A model generated the notes under the pieces. It saw nothing but the letters and a program-made list of their open reading frames with translations. It ran no database searches and was not told the origin of the DNA. From Archangium sp. (GTDB lineage: Bacteria > Myxococcota > Myxococcia > Myxococcales > Myxococcaceae), in contig JANLPS010000489.1 of the NCBI GenBank assembly GCA_031367385.1, forward strand, positions 8,283 to 72,282: a stretch of 64,000 bases of DNA, in the 5' to 3' direction. Below, piece by piece: positions 60,495-64,000 of the stretch. Each line of letters begins with the position of its first letter. The stretch's first letter is position 1. The translations under genes were made by a program, and so were the position numbers.

Positions 60495-62147
60495 ATGCTC
60501 CTTCGAGCCCTCGTCTTCGCCTCGGTCGTCGTTCTCGTCGGTTGCCCGGCCGAGCCCGGTCTCGACGGCGGGCTGACGCCTGCCGACGCTGGGGCGTCAG
60601 ACGCTGGGCAACAGACAGACTCAGGGGTCGTCACTGCCGATGCGGGCCGCGAGGCCGACTCGGGGCTGCCTTTTACCGACGCAGGCGGCGGAGCGCTCGA
60701 CTCAGGCGCCATGAACGACGCTGGCGTGGGCCTTGACTCGGGCGTACCGCTTGGCGACGCAGGCGTGAAGGGCCCGGTGCAGTTGAGCCTCGCGCTCTCT
60801 CGCGATGGCGGCGACGTCATCGCCTGGGTGACCGCGGTCAACGGCGTCGATGCGGGGCAGGCGGGGCTCGCGGTGAGCATCGCCGCGAACGGCGTGGCCC
60901 TGGCGGTCACCGACCTCGGTGCCGGCCGGTATCAAGCCACCGCGACCCCCACGGTGACGAGTGGTGAGCTGCCCATCGTCGCGACGCTTGGCGCGGGCAC
61001 GGTGTCGAAGGTCGCGGTGGTGTTGCCCACCATCGACCCAGCCTGGGGCCAACCCGAGCGGGTCGACGGGCTGGTCAACACGCCTGGCACCGAAGACAGC
61101 GCGACGGTCAGCCCCGACGGCCAGTGGCTCATCGTTGGCACCTACTCGCCCATCGACATATTGGCCTGCGTTCAGAAGCTCGGCACGGGGCCCAATGATG
61201 GCCGAAACAGCGCGTGTCAGACCTCGACGGGCCCCTCGACCGGGCCCAGCCGCCCCCGCATGCCTGGCGCCTCGCGGGTCGTCTCGCCCACGCGAATCAT
61301 CAACGTGGCGCCCAACCTGTGCCTCGACAACCCCGACGGCGGTGACTTCGCTTTTCCACTCAGCGACGGTGGGGTCTTGGTGTTAACCCTCGCGCCGGTG
61401 GTGGCGTACGGCTTCGCCCGGCAACCCGATGGCACGTTCGCCACGCCCTTCGTCATCGCCTTCGATGAAGATGGCATCTCGTCGAGCTGCTGCTTCACTT
61501 TCGTCGGTGCTCCGGTCGGCGGCGTGGCGAGGTTGCTTTACGGCAACAAGCGCTACGACGTGCTCAATGACACCACCCGGCCGTGGGTTACGCAGATCGC
61601 GCTCGGCGCAGACGCGACCCTGGGCGCCTACCAATGCGTCGCGGGCTCGGCCCAGCTGACGTTGCGGAACACGTACGTGTTGCCCGTCACGCCGTTGAAC
61701 CAGACCGCCGGCAACACGTCGATCGCCAACGACTGGCTGGTCAGCGACGACGAGACGGTCGACCCCGCCATTACGGTCGCGGCGCACCTGACCGATGCAG
61801 GCGTGACGCCATGGCAAGCGATGCCGCTGCCCGAGGTCGGCGACGATCGCCGCCAACCGGTGCTCGAAGGCGGGCGCATTTTCTATTATCGAAATGCCAC
61901 CATCGCCTCGACGCCCTGGCTGAGCACGGCGCCCACCAGCCGCTCGTCATTCGGAGCGCCCCGGGTCGAACTCGCGGGAGAATTGCTGCCGCAGGGCCCA
62001 CTGCCGGCGGCTCCGGGTCGGGTGGTCGGGCTGGGCCAGCCGACCTTCGCGCACTTGGCCGACGGCACGACCGAGCTGTACTTCGTCTATTACCTACGCA
62101 CTTCGACCGGGTACGACTCGCAGATTGGCAGGGTGTTACAGCGCTAA
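60495..62147 (+). CDS. Hypothetical lipoprotein with a D[AS]G-repeat linker, an Ig-like segment and a PD40/propeller-like region
   Basis: AGGAG RBS; lipobox VLVGC; VNTPGTEDSATVSPDGQWL motif. Confidence 0.75.
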   Translation: MLLRALVFASVVVLVGCPAEPGLDGGLTPADAGASDAGQQTDSGVVTADAGREADSGLPFTDAGGGALDSGAMNDAGVGLDSGVPLGDAGVKGPVQLSLALSRDGGDVIAWVTAVNGVDAGQAGLAVSIAANGVALAVTDLGAGRYQATATPTVTSGELPIVATLGAGTVSKVAVVLPTIDPAWGQPERVDGLVNTPGTEDSATVSPDGQWLIVGTYSPIDILACVQKLGTGPNDGRNSACQTSTGPSTGPSRPRMPGASRVVSPTRIINVAPNLCLDNPDGGDFAFPLSDGGVLVLTLAPVVAYGFARQPDGTFATPFVIAFDEDGISSSCCFTFVGAPVGGVARLLYGNKRYDVLNDTTRPWVTQIALGADATLGAYQCVAGSAQLTLRNTYVLPVTPLNQTAGNTSIANDWLVSDDETVDPAITVAAHLTDAGVTPWQAMPLPEVGDDRRQPVLEGGRIFYYRNATIASTPWLSTAPTSRSSFGAPRVELAGELLPQGPLPAAPGRVVGLGQPTFAHLADGTTELYFVYYLRTSTGYDSQIGRVLQR

Positions 62148-63724
62148 GTCTTTTTCAGCGCGAAGACCCAGCGCCGGTTGGCTTCGTCGCGGCGGTCCAC
62201 GATCAGGTCGACGGCCTGCCCGAGCCTCAGCAAAGCAGCAGTGGTGCCCTTGGCCTTGAGTGACGCTCCGTCATCGGCGATCTCGAGCCAGGCGCCGGCG
62301 AACGTCTTGGCCAGGTCGAAGAAGAGCACCTTCACGTCGAGCGGCGGCAGGTCGAGACGCACGTGCACCTTGCCGCCTGAGAAGCCCATCACCGTGCTGC
62401 GATACAGCGTGCGCTGCGCGGCCGGCATCGCGAGCTGAGGTGTGAACAACCGGTTCAGCACCACCTCGTTCGACAGGTCTTGCACCCGTCGTTGGGTCTC
62501 TCGCGAGGCGTTGGCGACGACCACCACCTGGGCGCGCAGGGCCTCGTCACCCGCGTTCGGGTTCAGGTCTCCGCGCAAGAGCTCGAGCGCTTCTTTGTGC
62601 AGAAAAACGCCAACGATTTCGCGCATCGGGGCCGAGAAGCGCGCGTAGGGCTCGGCGCCGACCCCGGAGTGAATGCCGGGCACGGTCGAGTACTCAGAGC
62701 GCATGTTCACCATCATCGCCTGGCGCATCACCGCGCGTGACAGGCGCTCTTCGCGGGTCAGCTCGTTCACGGCTGGCAGTCGCAGCAGGTACTCGGCGAG
62801 GGGCAGCGCGTCGGGCCTCCACACCCAGGGCTCGGTGGGCAACGCGTTGAGCGCGGCCACCTTCTCGGTCAGCCGGGCGAAGACTTCGAGGCGCTTCGGG
62901 TCGGGGCCTGCCTGCACCCGGTAGATGGGCTGCAGCGCCGGGCTCGGGTGCTCGCGCAACAAGCGACCTCCCTCGGCGTTGCACATCAGAGAGATCTGCT
63001 CGTTCCACAGCTCGACCTCGTCGCGAACGACCTCCATCACGGCGAAGGCGAGGCCTTGCCCGTCGAGCTCGACGTTGACCTCTTCACGCCGGTAGCGAAC
63101 GAGCCCCCGGCTGACGGCGATGGCCATGCGCTTGCGGCCCACCTCGCGCAGCAACCGCAGGCTCTCTTCGAACTCGGCGCCCTTGAGCGGGCTCGCCTCG
63201 CGCGCATCGATCAGCTGCTGCACCGTGGCGAAGCTCAGTTTCGCGCGTGACTTGACCCGCGCGCGCTGCAGTGTGGTCTCGAGCAGCTGCCCCACACCGT
63301 CGAGGCGGTGCCGAAAGACGAGGGCCCTGCGCTCGACCCCGGGGTTGAGCGAGATGACGCCCTCAGAGAGCTGCCGGGGCAGCATCGGCACCGAAAACCC
63401 GGGGAAGTAGTAGCTCGCTCCGCGGCGCATGGCCTCGGCGAAGAGCGCCGAGCCGGGCCGCACGTAGAACGCCGCGTCGGCGATGGCGTACTCGACGAGG
63501 TACCCGGTGCCGTCGCGAGCCACGAAGACGGCCTGGTCGAGGTCTTTGGAGTGCTCCCCGTCGATGGTGACGAACGGCGTCTCGGTGCGGCCCACCAGCG
63601 CGGGGTCGTTGACGCGGGGGTCGGCGACCCAGGCGTCGGCTTCGGCGAGCACCTCGGGGCTGAAGTCGACCGAGAGGTTCAGCGCGGTCGCGATACCAAG
63701 CAGCTCTTCACGGCCAGTGGTCAT
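62144..63724 (-). CDS. RNB-domain (RNase II/R family) ribonuclease lacking N-terminal cold-shock domains
   Basis: FVTIDGEHSKDLDQA, YAIADAA, RGASYY....PMLP..LSEG..SL and YARFSAPMR motifs. Confidence 0.9.
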   Translation of the reverse strand: MTTGREELLGIATALNLSVDFSPEVLAEADAWVADPRVNDPALVGRTETPFVTIDGEHSKDLDQAVFVARDGTGYLVEYAIADAAFYVRPGSALFAEAMRRGASYYFPGFSVPMLPRQLSEGVISLNPGVERRALVFRHRLDGVGQLLETTLQRARVKSRAKLSFATVQQLIDAREASPLKGAEFEESLRLLREVGRKRMAIAVSRGLVRYRREEVNVELDGQGLAFAVMEVVRDEVELWNEQISLMCNAEGGRLLREHPSPALQPIYRVQAGPDPKRLEVFARLTEKVAALNALPTEPWVWRPDALPLAEYLLRLPAVNELTREERLSRAVMRQAMMVNMRSEYSTVPGIHSGVGAEPYARFSAPMREIVGVFLHKEALELLRGDLNPNAGDEALRAQVVVVANASRETQRRVQDLSNEVVLNRLFTPQLAMPAAQRTLYRSTVMGFSGGKVHVRLDLPPLDVKVLFFDLAKTFAGAWLEIADDGASLKAKGTTAALLRLGQAVDLIVDRRDEANRRWVFALKKT

Positions 63725-63740
63725 GGCCGGACCGTAGGCC

Positions 63741-63852
63741 GGTTCGACGGGCTCACCATGAGATTCTCGATCTCACACGCAGGCCCCGATCTCACGCAGA
63801 GGCCCCCAGCGGAACTCTCATGGTGAGCCTGTCGAACCACGAACCACGAACC
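63741..63852. repeat. Inverted pair of REP-like elements
   Basis: 63741-63763 (GGTTCGACGGGCTCACCATGAGA) is the reverse complement, with one mismatch, of 63816-63838; 63815-63852 is identical to 34337-34374. Confidence 0.85.
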
Positions 63853-63860
63853 CCTAAGGA

Positions 63861-64000
63861 CAATGCCGATCAGTTAGGACGGCGCTTGTGCGGGCGTCGC
63901 GGGAGGATCATAGAGGGAGCTCTGGTTTGCGGGGAGCTTTCATATGCGGCTCGAGGATTCGTTCGCGGTAGTTCCTCTGGGGTTGCCGGGCGACTTCGAG
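63861..64000 (+). mobile_element. Left end of an IS4-family insertion sequence (partial)
   Basis: CAATGCCGATCAGTTAGG at 63861-63878 matches 16/18 positions of the E. coli IS4 terminal repeat TAATGCCGATCAGTTAAG as I recall it; followed by GGAG and an ATG. Confidence 0.7.
63944..64000 (+). CDS. Probable IS4-family transposase N-terminus (partial)
   Basis: GGGGAG RBS, then ATG 63944 MRLEDSFAVVPLGLPGDFE, open to the window edge and 83 bp inside the putative terminal repeat. Confidence 0.5.
   Translation, partial: MRLEDSFAVVPLGLPGDFE

Overview
GC-rich (about two-thirds G+C by eye), densely coding bacterial chromosome segment. It is most consistent with a myxobacterium (Myxococcota), based on a MYXO-CTERM-like sorting signal, a TPR Ser/Thr kinase, many Cys/Gly-rich lipoproteins and an N-terminally extended RsfS. 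Housekeeping genes include metK, uppP, def, glsA, rsfS-rlmH, epmA, a plsC-like acyltransferase and an RNB nuclease. Signalling genes include a CHASE3 hybrid kinase-cheR-cheB-receiver cassette, a PAS kinase with its receiver, a Ser/Thr kinase and a PilZ protein. There are also many exported proteins, two probable gene remnants, a family of REP-like palindromes and the left end of an IS4-family element at the right edge. No rRNA, tRNA or CRISPR array was seen. Best candidate for an undescribed system: a three-gene operon (55685-50533, minus strand) that looks like a vitellogenin/MTP-type large lipid transfer protein split into two exported proteins, plus a metzincin lipoprotein. Other notable signals: a D-[A/G/S]-G motif concentrated in exported proteins; TAnnnT boxes 6-8 nt before start codons (possible leaderless mRNAs); an ethylene-receptor-like sensor lacking its copper ligands; a ~230-aa activation-loop insertion in the Ser/Thr kinase; and an orphan PptH-like hydrolase. 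All family assignments come from reading motifs by eye; no searches were run.
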